From an uncultured Planctomycetaceae bacterium (GTDB lineage: Bacteria; Planctomycetota; Planctomycetia; Planctomycetales; Planctomycetaceae), in contig CAWFAK010000005.1 in assembly GCA_963813715.1 (NCBI GenBank), positions 1,088,001-1,152,000 of the forward strand: a stretch of DNA of 64,000 nt. The letters run 5' to 3'. This document shows positions 35,027 to 46,312 of the stretch, in pieces (position 1 is the stretch's first letter; each line of letters starts with the position of its first letter). Both the position numbers and the translations under genes were made by a program. The notes under the pieces were generated by a model. It did not search any database. It saw nothing but the letters and a program-made list of their open reading frames with translations, and was not told where the DNA came from.

Positions 35027-35962
35027 ATGCCTCTGCTTGGATCTCATCTGTCGATCGCCGGCGGTTACTACAAGGCCGTCGAAGCTGCTGCCGCACTCCA
35101 GATGGATTGCGTGCAGATCTTCACCAAGAACAACAACCAGTGGAAAGGCAAATTTCTGTCGGCCGAGGACGTCGCCCTGTTTCGCGACGCGATCGAGCGG
35201 ACCGGCATTCGGATGCCGTGCGGGCACGACAGTTATCTCATCAACCTGGCGAGCCCCACGGAATCGCTCTGGCAGCAATCGCTCGAGGCCTTCGTGATCG
35301 AGATCGAACGGGCCGATGCGCTCGGTCTGGCTGGCCTTGTCATTCATCCGGGCAGCCGCGTCGATTCGACCGAGGAGGAGGGGCTGACGCGGATCGTGCT
35401 GGCGATCAACGAGGCCTTGCGACGCACGCCGCGCGCGACCGTGCAAATCTGGCTCGAGACGACGGCCGGTCAGGGATCGTCGCTGGGTCACCAGTTCGAG
35501 CACCTACGGACGATCCTCGACGGCGTCCACGAGCGTCACCGCTTGGGCGTGTGCGTCGACAGCTGCCACGTCTTTGCCGCCGGGTATCCGCTCAGCGGGG
35601 CGGACGAGTATCAAAAAACGATGGCGCATTTTGACACGGTCGTGGGAATCGACTGGATTCGCGCCTTCCACTTGAACGACAGCAAGCGAGAGTTGGGCAG
35701 TCGCGTCGATCGGCATGAGCACATCGGCAAAGGGCATTTAGGGCGCGAAGCATTCCGCAACATCCTCAACGATCCGCGTTTTGCCGCCCTGCCGATGTAT
35801 CTGGAAACGCGCAAAGGCATCGTCGACGGGCGTTCGCTCGATGCGATGAACCTGGCCGTTTTGCGGCGGCTGATGAAGCCCGCTGCTGCGAAGCCTGCGC
35901 GGGTCAAATCGGCGCCGTCAAAATCCGGCAGCCGCAAATCCGGAAAAGGCCCTAAACTCTGA
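35027..35962 (+). CDS. nfo: Endonuclease IV
   Basis: GSHLSIAGG, HDSYLINL, LETTAGQG, DSCH, HLNDSK and DRHEHIG. Confidence 0.96.
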   Translation: MPLLGSHLSIAGGYYKAVEAAAALQMDCVQIFTKNNNQWKGKFLSAEDVALFRDAIERTGIRMPCGHDSYLINLASPTESLWQQSLEAFVIEIERADALGLAGLVIHPGSRVDSTEEEGLTRIVLAINEALRRTPRATVQIWLETTAGQGSSLGHQFEHLRTILDGVHERHRLGVCVDSCHVFAAGYPLSGADEYQKTMAHFDTVVGIDWIRAFHLNDSKRELGSRVDRHEHIGKGHLGREAFRNILNDPRFAALPMYLETRKGIVDGRSLDAMNLAVLRRLMKPAAAKPARVKSAPSKSGSRKSGKGPKL

Positions 35963-36137
35963 CATCCTTGGCAAGTCACGGGCATCCTGCCTCTCCAGAC
36001 CGCTTCGCTCATTGCAGCCATTAAAGCCCTTTCAACTGGCGAAAGCGGTTCACGCCCGATCTTCGGAACCGTCGATCACAACCCAAGCGCGGGCCCAGTA
36101 ACCGCGTCGGGCCGTCGTCACTTCGAGGAACCGGGAA

Positions 36138-38574
36138 ATGAAATTCGAATCTCGCCTGCTGATCAGCCAGCTGTGCGCGGCCGGTGCGACGGGTCTCTTG
36201 TCGGCGTCGTTCATCGCCGGATGCGCGAGCGGCGAACGTGCGGGCAAGTTTTGGAACCAGGGAGACGTCGGGTCGTCGGATGCTTATGCGGCAGCCGCGT
36301 TGGCTCGCGACCAATCCTTTGCCGCGAATCCCAATCCGACGCTTCCCGCGGCCGGCGACAAGGTCGCTCCGGCCGGCGGCACGAAGGACGGCACCGGCCA
36401 CGTCGCCATTCCCGACACGTCGGATACGCCTCCGCCTCCTTTGGTGTCCGATAGCGATCCTTCGGCAAGCGCTCCAGCCCAGCCCGTTCCAAGCACTGCT
36501 GCGACGAGCAACGTCGCCGCCGGTCGCGGCACCACCGGAGCGGCCGCAGCCGGAGTCGCCGCTGGCAGCGTCCAAGTCGCCGGGGCCGCGGCCGGCGGTC
36601 GGATCATCGCCCCGTACGTGCAGAAGCGGCAGCCGACCGGCGTCGTCGACAACAATAGTCACGATAGCGAGATCGTGAAGCCCAAACAGGTTCTCGCCAA
36701 ACAGCTCGACCCGTTTGTGGAAACCGATGCACCGCTCTACGGGGCGCTGAACTCGATGCGACCGACGGCAGCGCCGGCGAGCGCAGTGGCTGGCACCTTG
36801 CCCGCCGCGCCGACGCCGATCGTTTCACCGCCTGCTTCGCCCAACGTTGGTCCCGCTTCGGTCGCTCCCGTTGCAATGAATCAAGCTCCGGTCAGCCCGG
36901 TGCCCCTCGATCCGACGCCTGCTAGCCCGGCGCCGGTCGATCCGACGCCCGTCGATTCGATGCCGGTCAATCCGGCTTCGGTCGGGCCGGCTACGGTCAG
37001 TCCGACTCTGTCTGCGGCGTCGAACCCGGCCGCCGCTCCGACGGGACGAGTTGCGATCCCCAACGGCAATGGATTCGGCGAATCGGACGGCACGATGCCT
37101 GCGCGCGTGCCGACGAGAACCGAGACAAACCCAGGCGCTCCGCTGTCGGCGTCGACTGAGCAGCCGACCGTTCCCGCCGCTCCGCCCACCGTGGTGAGCG
37201 CTCCGCCATCCGATGCCTTCGATCCGTCGTTGCCGGCGGAACCCGTCCTGCCGCGAGCCTCGACCGGTGGCCCGACATCCAGCAATTCCGCGACCATCGC
37301 GTCGCCCCTTGCCCCCCAGCCACCGGCCTCGTTTGTACCGAATGCCACTGCCCCCTCGAAGTCGACGTACTCCACGGTGCCGTCGCGGCCGCGGATCGGA
37401 GTTCGTCTGGGTGACGAAGACCTCGACACTGAGTTGAAGGAACCGCCGCACCGGGAAGACCGTCCTGTCGTCGAGCCGGCCTCCACGGACGCTGCGCCGT
37501 CGCTCCCGACAAGTGATGCAGCAGCCGCACCGTACGAAGTTGAGTTACATCACGAAGAGTCGACTCGCCCCTGCGTCGTACCCCCGTCACCGCCAGCTCC
37601 GCACCCCACGGGCACGACCGCGCCCTCCAAGTCGATTCAAGACACGTGGGAAAGCAGAAGAAGTTCAACTCCCGCGGTTTCGCCGAGCGCCGCCGCGCCT
37701 CAGGTGTCGCCTGCCGAACCTTCGTCGGTGTCGGCGCCGCCAGTCCCCGTGACGACTGCACCCGCGTCCCACGTCTCGGTGGAAACGACCTGGGAAGGAC
37801 CCGAGGCGCGATCGCAGCAACCTGCGTCGATCCACGCATCGGCAGCACCGTCTGTGGAGATGCAGATAGTAAAGCAGGCGAGGCCGAGAGAGTCGCGAGC
37901 GGCCGCTTCACACTCGGACACGCCAGCTCAAGTCGTGTCTGCGCGTGCCGGGTCTGAGGCGGCAGCGTCGCAGGTCGCCGTGCCGAGTCACACGTCTCGC
38001 AGCAACGCCGGGGCCGAGCACGAGAATTTCGTCGACGTCGCCCTCACCCGTCGAAGCCGTCGTCGGCCACGTCGGATCCGATCCGATGGTCTACGACTCG
38101 GCGTCGATCCACGGGCGCTACACCGGAGACGAGAACGCTCCGAGCAGTGTGTCGCCGCAGAGTGATGTGGTGGCCTCGCCGCTGAAGTCGCCGCCTGCCG
38201 CGGCTCCCGCGGTCTCGGCGAAACCAATTCCGCCCGCAGCGAAAAAGTCGATCCAGCGAGCCGATCCGTCGCCCGAAGGCAAGAGCGCGTCGTTCTGGGA
38301 TGAGTCGCAGGCGGCGCCGGCCGGTAAGCACACGGTCTCGACGGCCGAATTTTCGGTCGCCGCGCCGTCGATGCCGGCCGATGGGGACGAAGTTCGACCG
38401 AGCGTCGCCAATCCGGTCGGGATCTCGGGCGGGGCGCTCCCCGGCAACGCTGCGAGCAAGCCGGGGCCGGCCGGCTCCCGAGCCGGGCTGCTGGTCGGCA
38501 TGGTGATTGGATTGGCGATGAGTGCCGTCGTCTGGCGGCGCTGGCGACACAGCGGCGTGTCCGAGGCGAACTGA
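36138..38574 (+). CDS. Pro/Ala/Ser-rich low-complexity lipoprotein with C-terminal TM anchor, frameshifted
   Basis: Lipobox FIAGC; C-terminal GLLVGMVIGLAMSAVVWRRWR in ORF 37945-38574. Confidence 0.7.
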
Positions 38575-38849
38575 CGACGGCCGCCACGAGGTTGGCTTGT
38601 GCCGGTTTTGCCGCCCGTGCCGCCGCTGAGAGTGGCCGCGCTCGAGGCGCTGACGTTACTGTCGCGCGGCCGCGACCGGCGGCCGAGAAATCCGCCCGCT
38701 CCGCCCGGCCCTCCGCCGCCCGTGCACTATATTTGTGCGAGGCCGAAACCGCCCTGTTTCTGTCATCCCCGGCCAGGCCCAGACCATGCATCGCCCGACG
38801 GGCGCCTCAAGCGCGGCCCGCGATTACACGATGCCCTTGGAGAAATGAG

Positions 38850-39194
38850 ATGAGCGATCCTTGGAGCCGCCCGACGCTGAAAGACCTGCAGGACATCCTC
38901 GAACGGATTCACAAGCCGGAGACCGATAACCGGCGGGATATCGAGCGGCTGGAGCTGGCCGTCCCGGCCGAGGTCGTCACGCGCCGCGGCAACACGATCG
39001 ACGCCATGACGCGCGAGATCAGCCGCACGGGTATCGGCATGCTGCATCGTGGCGCGGTTTCGCCAGGCGAAGTCACGGTGAAGATGGCCGGCGACTCGCG
39101 GACGTTCGAGTACCGCGTGATGATCGAGTGGTGCGCGCCGTGCGACAATGGCATGTTCATGAGCGGCGGCCGCTTCCTGCCCCGCGAGAAGTAA
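38850..39194 (+). CDS. PilZ-domain protein
   Basis: RRDIER (RxxxR) and EISRTGIG (D/NxSxxG-like) motifs. Confidence 0.8.
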   Translation: MSDPWSRPTLKDLQDILERIHKPETDNRRDIERLELAVPAEVVTRRGNTIDAMTREISRTGIGMLHRGAVSPGEVTVKMAGDSRTFEYRVMIEWCAPCDNGMFMSGGRFLPREK

Positions 39195-39287
39195 CGCTCG
39201 TCGACAAGTGACACTTGGGCGAAGGGTGGCGCTCGATCGGGTCGGCGCGATCCAGTCTGGCTCAATGCCCGCGCCGGGCTGCAAAAC

Positions 39288-40082
39288 TCACTGAGCCTTC
39301 GGCTTGAAGAGCGGGCTCTTGAAGAGTTTCAGTCGATTGGCCCAGAACTTCACGAGCACGCTCAGCGTCGCGAGGCCGTAGACGACGCTGCGGCGAAAAT
39401 TGATGCTCGACGCTTCATCGAAGTAGCGGACGGGGACGGGCACGTCCCCCAGCTTGAAGCCGAACTGCACGGCCTGCGCGAGAAACTCGCTGTCGAAGAC
39501 GAAGTCGTCGCTGTTGCGCTCGTAGGGAATCGTCTCCAGCACTTCCCGGCGGTACGCGCGAAAGCCGCTGTGGAAATCGCCCAGGTTCTGCCCCAGGGCC
39601 ATGTTTTCCATGATCGTCAGCCAGCGGTTGAAGATGTATTTGTAGGTCGGCATCCCGCCGTCGAGCGCTTCTTTGCGGGTGCGAATCCGCGAACCCAGCA
39701 CCACGTCGCAAATTCCCAGCCGTAGAATCTCGACGGCGATCGGAATCACCCGGCTGTCGTACTGATAGTCCGGGTGGATCATCACGACGAACTCGGCGCC
39801 CAGGTCGCGCGCCTGGCGATAGCAGGTCTTCTGGTTGCCGCCGTAGCCGAGGTTCTTCGTGTGCTCGATCACCGTCAGCCCCAGCTCGCGGGCCACTTTT
39901 ACGGTGTTGTCGCGGCTGCAGTCATCGACCACGACGATCTGATCGACGGCTCCGGGCGGTATGTCTTCGACGGTCCGCTTCAGCGTGCGCTCGGCGTTGT
40001 AAGCCGGCATGACGGCGATGGTGCGGCCGCTGTGCGTAATTCCCCGGTTATGAAGGTCTTCGGCCGGCATGACGGACTGCAT
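39288..40082 (-). CDS. Glycosyltransferase family 2 (DPM1-like)
   Basis: [25 protein letters not shown] and DFHSGFRAY. Confidence 0.93.
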   Translation of the reverse strand: MQSVMPAEDLHNRGITHSGRTIAVMPAYNAERTLKRTVEDIPPGAVDQIVVVDDCSRDNTVKVARELGLTVIEHTKNLGYGGNQKTCYRQARDLGAEFVVMIHPDYQYDSRVIPIAVEILRLGICDVVLGSRIRTRKEALDGGMPTYKYIFNRWLTIMENMALGQNLGDFHSGFRAYRREVLETIPYERNSDDFVFDSEFLAQAVQFGFKLGDVPVPVRYFDEASSINFRRSVVYGLATLSVLVKFWANRLKLFKSPLFKPKAQ

Positions 40083-40252
40083 CAGGCGATTTCTCTGGGA
40101 ACTACCGAGCAAAAAAGAGTGCTCGATTTTCGTCAGCCCGCAGCCACAACACAAGTGCTGTGATTGGGCTCTCCCGAGGCGAACGCCGGGACAAAGACCG
40201 ACCCCGGCGCAGGCTCCCCCACGCGTTCCGAAAAGCCCTGTTCGCCGGACGC

Positions 40253-41971
40253 TTAGCTCGCCACCGCGGCTCCGGCCATGATCACCTGATTACGGCCCGT
40301 GTCCTTTGCCTGGTAGAGGGCCGCGTCGGCCGCCGCGATCAGTTCCTCGGACGCCCGGCCATGCTCGGGAGCCAGGGCCACACCGATACTCACCGTCACG
40401 CTGATTTGGCCCTGCTGCGAATGAATGGGCAGCACCTCGACGCTCGAGCGGATCGTTTCCGCAACCCAGGCGGCATCGTTCGCCGCAATGCCGGGCAACA
40501 GGATGGCGAACTCTTCGCCGCCGAACCGGGCGGCCAGTCCCGAGGTTCGCGTCGCCAGCCGCGACACGGTTTCCTTCAGCAGCCGGGACACGCAGCGGAG
40601 CACTTCGTCGCCCACCAGATGTCCGTAGCGGTCGTTGACTCCCTTGAAGCGATCGATGTCGACCATCAGCAGGGCACACTGGCCGCCCTGCGACGAGACG
40701 TGCCGCAGTGCGGCCGAAAGCTCGTTGTCGAACGTGCGGCGGTTCGACAGGTCGGTGAGCGGATCGTGACGGGCATGCCACTCGGAAACGGCCTGATGCA
40801 GCACCTTCAGCAGCGTTTCCGAAAGATAGCGAGCGGACCAGGCCAACAGTTGCGGCCGCACGTTCTCGAACGGCTCCTTCGCCTGTCGGGTGAGGCACAG
40901 CGCTCCCGCGATCCCGTTGGGACTGATGACGGGAGCGATGATGGCCGCGCCGATCAGCGAGTTAACGCCCATTCGCGCCAACTCCGACTCGTACAGAGTT
41001 TCGGGAGCTTTCCGCGAAATGGCCGTCTCGGCCAGGATGGCCTCGAATTCGGCGTGACGGCGGACGATGCCGGCCGGCAGCGGATCGCCGCAACGGCACA
41101 GCGGCTTGTACGAGCCGCGACCGTCCGGCGTAATCAGAAACAGCACGGCCCGCTCGGCCCCGGTCATTTCGCGGAGGCGATCGACGAACGCCTCGACCAT
41201 ATCGAGCGGCGACGCGTGCTTCTGATCGGTCACCGCCCGCAGTTCCATGATTTCATTGATCGATTGCAGCTGCTGATCGCGGACTTCCAGCTCCGTCGAG
41301 CGGCGGACGATGCCCGACAGGCTGCGCATCAGCCGACGGACGAGCTCCACCTGTTCCTCCAGCGGAATGCCGGGCGGAATGAGGGACGTCGTCACAATCA
41401 CGCCGGCCAGGCTCTCAGCGTCGCCGATTCCCGCGATAAACAGGCGGTCGAACCGCTGACGGTCGGCGGGCGACAGGCTCTCGCAGAGTCGCGTTCCCGC
41501 GAGGTCGTTGCGGCGGAAGGCGGCCACTCCCTCACTGGCAACGCGTTTGAGCAGCTCGCCGTCGACAACCAAGGCAGTCCGCGATTGTTCCGAAAGACCG
41601 CGCGAGTGGCGAATCGAATTGTCAGCCAGCGCCAGCGGAACGTACGCGGCAAAACCATCGCCGCCGTCGACCAGGCGGATGATGAGTTGTTCGAGCGTGC
41701 GATCCAGATCGAGCTCGCCGGTGAACTCGCGAAGGATCTGGTTTTCGAGCGAAGTCAGCGTGCGATCGCGGCTGACGGAGCGCAGATCTTTTTGGACGTC
41801 GTCAATCTGGCGACACAGCCGGTCTTTCAGCTCGCGCGACCGGTTCGTGCTGTAGAGGTAAAACATGTACTGCAGGGCACAAATCAGCATCACCGCGACA
41901 AGGTAGCCGCCGGAGACGGCTTGGTCGCAGAACTGAAAGAGAGTGTCGAACAGTGTCGCGATCGGCAACAT
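40253..41971 (-). CDS. Membrane-anchored GAF-containing diguanylate cyclase
   Basis: [25 protein letters not shown] and RFGGEEF. Confidence 0.93.
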   Translation of the reverse strand: MLPIATLFDTLFQFCDQAVSGGYLVAVMLICALQYMFYLYSTNRSRELKDRLCRQIDDVQKDLRSVSRDRTLTSLENQILREFTGELDLDRTLEQLIIRLVDGGDGFAAYVPLALADNSIRHSRGLSEQSRTALVVDGELLKRVASEGVAAFRRNDLAGTRLCESLSPADRQRFDRLFIAGIGDAESLAGVIVTTSLIPPGIPLEEQVELVRRLMRSLSGIVRRSTELEVRDQQLQSINEIMELRAVTDQKHASPLDMVEAFVDRLREMTGAERAVLFLITPDGRGSYKPLCRCGDPLPAGIVRRHAEFEAILAETAISRKAPETLYESELARMGVNSLIGAAIIAPVISPNGIAGALCLTRQAKEPFENVRPQLLAWSARYLSETLLKVLHQAVSEWHARHDPLTDLSNRRTFDNELSAALRHVSSQGGQCALLMVDIDRFKGVNDRYGHLVGDEVLRCVSRLLKETVSRLATRTSGLAARFGGEEFAILLPGIAANDAAWVAETIRSSVEVLPIHSQQGQISVTVSIGVALAPEHGRASEELIAAADAALYQAKDTGRNQVIMAGAAVAS

Positions 41972-42190
41972 GCAAAGCTCCGGGGATCTTGCGGGAAGAT
42001 GGGCCGACAAAGAAGGCGCAGCGGAAACGCTGCCCCGTCTGTGAAGGCTAGCTTACGCCCATTCACGTGGGTCGGACCGGTCGACATTCCCCGCCGGCGA
42101 GCGACTGTTCGGCTGGCGGTCGGGCGGCCCGTGACATTCCGGTTCTGCCGCGCTTGCGGAACAATCCGAAGAGAGCGGATAATTCGCTTG

Positions 42191-42940
42191 ATGAACCCAC
42201 TGTTGCGCTCTCGTTCGGGACGAGTTGGCCGTTCCGCGACCATTTTCGCCCTGTGGCTGTTGGTCGGCCTGGCGACTGGTTCGCTCCGCGCCGGGGATCC
42301 ACCGGCCGGACCGCAGCCGGACAAGCAGCCTCCCCCAACAGCGCCGGCAGCGGCGACCAAGGCGCCGGGCGAGAAGAACGGGGCGAAGAGCGAGTGGACG
42401 TCGCTCTTCGACGCGCAGACGCTCAAAGGTTGGAAGTCGACGGAGTTTGGCGGGGAGGGAAACGTCGAGGTTAAAGACGGGGCAATCTTGCTGGGGGTCG
42501 GCAACGACCTCACCGGCGTCAATTACGAGCGGCCCGTGCCGAACAACAATTACGAAGTCTCGCTCGAGGCGAAGCGCGTCGACGGCTCGGACTTCTTCTG
42601 CGGCCTGACGTTCCCAGTCAAGAAGGATCCCTGCAGCCTGATCATCGGCGGCTGGGGCGGCGGCGTGTGCGGTCTCTCCAGCATTGACGGGCTGGATGCT
42701 TCGGAGAACTCCACGACCAAGTATCGCGACTTCGATAACGGCCGCTGGTACACGATCCGGCTCCGCGTCACCGACGCTCGGATCGAAGCCTGGATCGACA
42801 AAGTGCAAATCGTGAATCAGACCCTCGCCGGCAAGAAGATCTCGATCCGCAGCGAGGTTGATGCGTCGCGGCCGTTCGGCATCGCCTCGTATCGCACGCT
42901 GGCCGCGCTGCGGAATATTCGGCTGCGCGAATTGAAGTAG
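42191..42940 (+). CDS. DUF1080 (3-keto-disaccharide hydrolase-like) exported protein
   Basis: Signal peptide; WTSLFD..TLKGW...V.DG and terminal RNIRLREL. Confidence 0.88.
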   Translation: MNPLLRSRSGRVGRSATIFALWLLVGLATGSLRAGDPPAGPQPDKQPPPTAPAAATKAPGEKNGAKSEWTSLFDAQTLKGWKSTEFGGEGNVEVKDGAILLGVGNDLTGVNYERPVPNNNYEVSLEAKRVDGSDFFCGLTFPVKKDPCSLIIGGWGGGVCGLSSIDGLDASENSTTKYRDFDNGRWYTIRLRVTDARIEAWIDKVQIVNQTLAGKKISIRSEVDASRPFGIASYRTLAALRNIRLRELK

Positions 42941-43013
42941 TTGTTGAGCCGCGTCGTTGGCGGCCATTTCTTCGTTCATGGCGGACGAATCGGTTTGCAG
43001 TAAGGGAGTGAGC

Positions 43014-44789
43014 ATGCCTCGGACCTGGCGGTTTCTGCCTCACGATGCCGCTCTGGTCGGGCAGGTGGCTGCCGATCTGCGCGTTTCGCCTCTGATGGCC
43101 CAGGTGCTGATCGCGCGGGGACTGCAGCACGAGGCGCCGAACTTTCTCAACTCCCGTTTGTCGGCGCTGCATGAGCCGGAGCTGTTGCCCGGGCTGCCCG
43201 ACGCGGCCGATCGGATCGTTTCGGCCATCAAGGCCGGTCGCCGCATCACGATTTATGGCGACTACGACGTCGACGGCGTGACGGCCACCGCCCTGTTGTG
43301 GCACTGCATCACGCTGGCGGGCGGAAAAGTCGACTATTACATCCCGTCTCGCATGGAAGAGGGGTACGGCATCAATTGCGAGGCGCTGCGGCAGCTGCAT
43401 CAGGACGACCCGCACAGGCTGGTGGTCAGCGTCGATTGTGGCATCACCAGCGTAGCCGAGGCTTTGCTCGCCCGCGAACTGGGCCTCGAACTGATCATTA
43501 CTGATCACCATCAGGCCGGCGCTTGGCTGCCGGAAGCGTCGTGCGTCGTGCATCCGCGGCTGCCTGGGGGCAGCTATCCCTTCGGCGAGTTGTGCGGCGT
43601 GGGCGTGGCGTTCAAGCTGGCTTGGGGCATCTGCCAGCGGCTGGGGGACGGCAAGAAAGCGTCGCCCGTGATGCGTGAGTTCTTGATCGGAGCGATGGGA
43701 TTGGCGGCGATCGGCACCATTGCCGACGTCGTTTCGCTGCGCGGCGAAAATCGGCTGCTGGTGAAATTTGGCTTGAAGAGTCTCCGCGAGCGGGCCGCTC
43801 CGGGGCTCAAGTCGTTGATGAAAGTGGCGCAGCTCGACGAGTCGCTCTCGATCGAGGCTGACGACGTTGCCTTTGGACTGGCGCCCAGGATTAATGCCGC
43901 GGGCCGACTGGGGCAAGCTCGCTTGGCGGTCGAACTTTTGACGACCGACAAGGCCGACCGCGCCGCGATGCTGGCTGTGCATCTCGACGAACTGAACAAG
44001 AGCCGTCGCTCGGTCGAGCTGAAAATTTTCAAGGAAGCCCGCGAGCTGATCTCCAATCACCCCCAATGGAACGACGCGCCTGCCGTCGTGCTCGCCGGCG
44101 ACACCTGGCACCCGGGGGTGATCGGCATCGTGGCCAGCCGGGTCGTCGAGCATTTCTCGCGTCCGGCGATCCTGATCGGCTTCAACGGACAGGCGACAAC
44201 GGGCCAAGGATCGGGGCGATCGCACGGCCGCTTCGATCTGCACGCAGCCCTCTCGGCCTGCGCCGTGCATCTGATTTCGTTCGGCGGACACCAGGCGGCG
44301 GCCGGCCTCAAAATCTCCAAGGATCGCATCGACGCCTTTCGCGAAGACTTCTGCCAATACGTGGCGGCCAACTACTCGACGGGCCCGCGTGACTCCGAGC
44401 TGGAAATCGATGCTGAAGTGCGGCTGGCCGACGTCACGCCGCGGGCGCTGAAAGAACTCGAGATGTTGAGCCCGTTTGGCGAAGACAACCCGCGGCCCGT
44501 TTTCGCGACGACGCGCGTCGAGCTGGCCGAACCGCCGCGCAAAATGGGGGAGGGGGAGCGGCATTTGTCGCTGCGAGTGCGGCAGCACAACACGACGCTC
44601 CGCGCCGTTGCCTTCGCCCGGGCCGACTGGGCTGAGCCGATCGCCCAGTTGGGCCGTCCGTTCTCGATCAGTTATGCCCCTGTCATTAATCGGTTTGGTG
44701 GCCACGAGCGCGCGGAGCTGCAGCTGATCGACTGGCAGCCTGATCCGTCGGTTGCGCCGGTGGCGGCGGCCGAGACGGTCCCGTTTTAA
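43014..44789 (+). CDS. recJ: ssDNA exonuclease RecJ
   Basis: GDYDVDG, SVDCG, TDHH, PRINAAGR and GGHQAAAG. Confidence 0.97.
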   Translation: MPRTWRFLPHDAALVGQVAADLRVSPLMAQVLIARGLQHEAPNFLNSRLSALHEPELLPGLPDAADRIVSAIKAGRRITIYGDYDVDGVTATALLWHCITLAGGKVDYYIPSRMEEGYGINCEALRQLHQDDPHRLVVSVDCGITSVAEALLARELGLELIITDHHQAGAWLPEASCVVHPRLPGGSYPFGELCGVGVAFKLAWGICQRLGDGKKASPVMREFLIGAMGLAAIGTIADVVSLRGENRLLVKFGLKSLRERAAPGLKSLMKVAQLDESLSIEADDVAFGLAPRINAAGRLGQARLAVELLTTDKADRAAMLAVHLDELNKSRRSVELKIFKEARELISNHPQWNDAPAVVLAGDTWHPGVIGIVASRVVEHFSRPAILIGFNGQATTGQGSGRSHGRFDLHAALSACAVHLISFGGHQAAAGLKISKDRIDAFREDFCQYVAANYSTGPRDSELEIDAEVRLADVTPRALKELEMLSPFGEDNPRPVFATTRVELAEPPRKMGEGERHLSLRVRQHNTTLRAVAFARADWAEPIAQLGRPFSISYAPVINRFGGHERAELQLIDWQPDPSVAPVAAAETVPF

Positions 44790-44818
44790 GCAGCACCCCG
44801 GTTTCACGAGCACTCGGA

Positions 44819-45470
44819 TTGGCGAGCATCCCCGAGCTCCAGCGGCGACTGCGGGAAACGCTCGAGCGGCGTGGCATCACCGATCCGCGCGTGCTCGACG
44901 CCATTCAACAGACGCGTCGCGACTTGTTCGTTCCCGACGCGTTGCAGTACGCCGCCTACGACGACGATGCACTGCCCATCGGCGAAGGGCAAACGATCAG
45001 CCAGCCCTACATCGTCGCTCTGATGACGCAGGAGCTGCAGCTCTCGGGCACCGAAACCGTGCTGGAGATCGGCACGGGCAGCGGCTATCAGACGGCTATC
45101 CTCGCCCGCCTGGCGGCCCGCGTGGTGACGATCGAACGGATCGAGCGGCTCTCGCAGTCGGCCCGCCGCATCCTGGACGAAGTTGGGAGCCAGCAACGTC
45201 GAATACCTGGTGGGGGACGGGACGCTCGGAAATTCGGAGCGCGGGCCCTATGATCGCGTGATCGTCACCGCGAGCGCACGGGTCGTTCCCGAGCCGCTGT
45301 ACGAACAACTCAAGCCCGACGGTCGGATTGTCGCCCCGATCGGCGACGAAGAGTCGCAGCAACTGGTGGTTGTCGAAAAGACGGCCACCGGCCCCCGGCC
45401 GACCCCCTTGTGCGCCTGCCGCTTCGTCAAGTTGATTGGAAAGGCCGGATGGGCCACACCGGACGGTTGA
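44819..45470 (+). CDS. pcm: Protein-L-isoaspartate O-methyltransferase, frameshifted
   Basis: GQTISQPYIVA, LEIGTGSGYQTA, GPYDRVIVTA and RFVKLIG. Confidence 0.95.
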
Positions 45471-45625
45471 GCCGCGATATTCACAACGCAAACGACCCGG
45501 CCCTTGGCATTTGCGTTTCAAACGGAAGGTCGCGCTGCGGCGTACAAGACACGGCCCCGCCCCGCATCCCCCGATCGTTGGCTGTTGAGATGTCCTCAGG
45601 TCCGCGCGTTAGACAGGCTCGCCGC

Positions 45626-46312
45626 ATGTCGCTGGAACTAAGCAACGTCCTCAAGACCTATCGCGAGCCGGACGGCAATGTGCTGACCGTGCTCGACATC
45701 GAGCGATTTCAGATCGCCTCCGCCGAGCAGGTGGTGCTGGTCGGTTCGAGCGGCGGCGGCAAGACGTCGCTCTTGAACATCATTTCGGGCATCAGCACGC
45801 CCGACCGGGGGACGGTCACGATCGACGGGACTGAGATTACGCGCTTGCCCGAGGTTGCCCGCGACCGGTTTCGGGCCGAGCGAATCGGCTTCGTCTTTCA
45901 AACGTTTAATCTACTGCCCGCGTTCAGCGCACTCGAGAACGTGCTCTTGGGGATGAGCTTTTCCGGCAAGCGTGTCGATTCCAAGCGGGCGGCGCAGCTT
46001 TTGGAACGTGTGGGCCTGGGGCATCGCACGAGCCATCGGCCGTCGCAACTTTCCGTGGGCGAGCAGCAGCGGGTGGCCGTGGCGCGGGCACTGGCCAACC
46101 AGCCTTCGCTGTTGTTGGCCGACGAGCCGACGGCCAACGTCGACGTCAAGAACCAGGATCTGATCCTCGACCTCATTCGCGAGGCGTGTGCCGAATCGAA
46201 GGTGGCGCTGCTCATGGTGACGCACTCGCCCGACGTGGCGTCGCGGTTCCCGCGGGTCGACCGGCTGGAGAATTTCAACCGCGCTGCAGCGGGAGCGGGG
46301 GCCGCACGATGA
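45626..46312 (+). CDS. ABC ATP-binding protein (LolD/MacB-like)
   Basis: GSSGGGKT, LSVGEQQR and LADEPT. Confidence 0.92.
   Translation: MSLELSNVLKTYREPDGNVLTVLDIERFQIASAEQVVLVGSSGGGKTSLLNIISGISTPDRGTVTIDGTEITRLPEVARDRFRAERIGFVFQTFNLLPAFSALENVLLGMSFSGKRVDSKRAAQLLERVGLGHRTSHRPSQLSVGEQQRVAVARALANQPSLLLADEPTANVDVKNQDLILDLIREACAESKVALLMVTHSPDVASRFPRVDRLENFNRAAAGAGAAR

Noticed and set aside
40160..42190. N-terminal ~680 aa of the 926-aa + strand ORF, and similar long antisense ORFs (21931-23397, 42768-44813)
   Set aside because: Shadow ORFs opposite well-supported genes in GC-rich DNA; only 42191-42940 is the real DUF1080 gene
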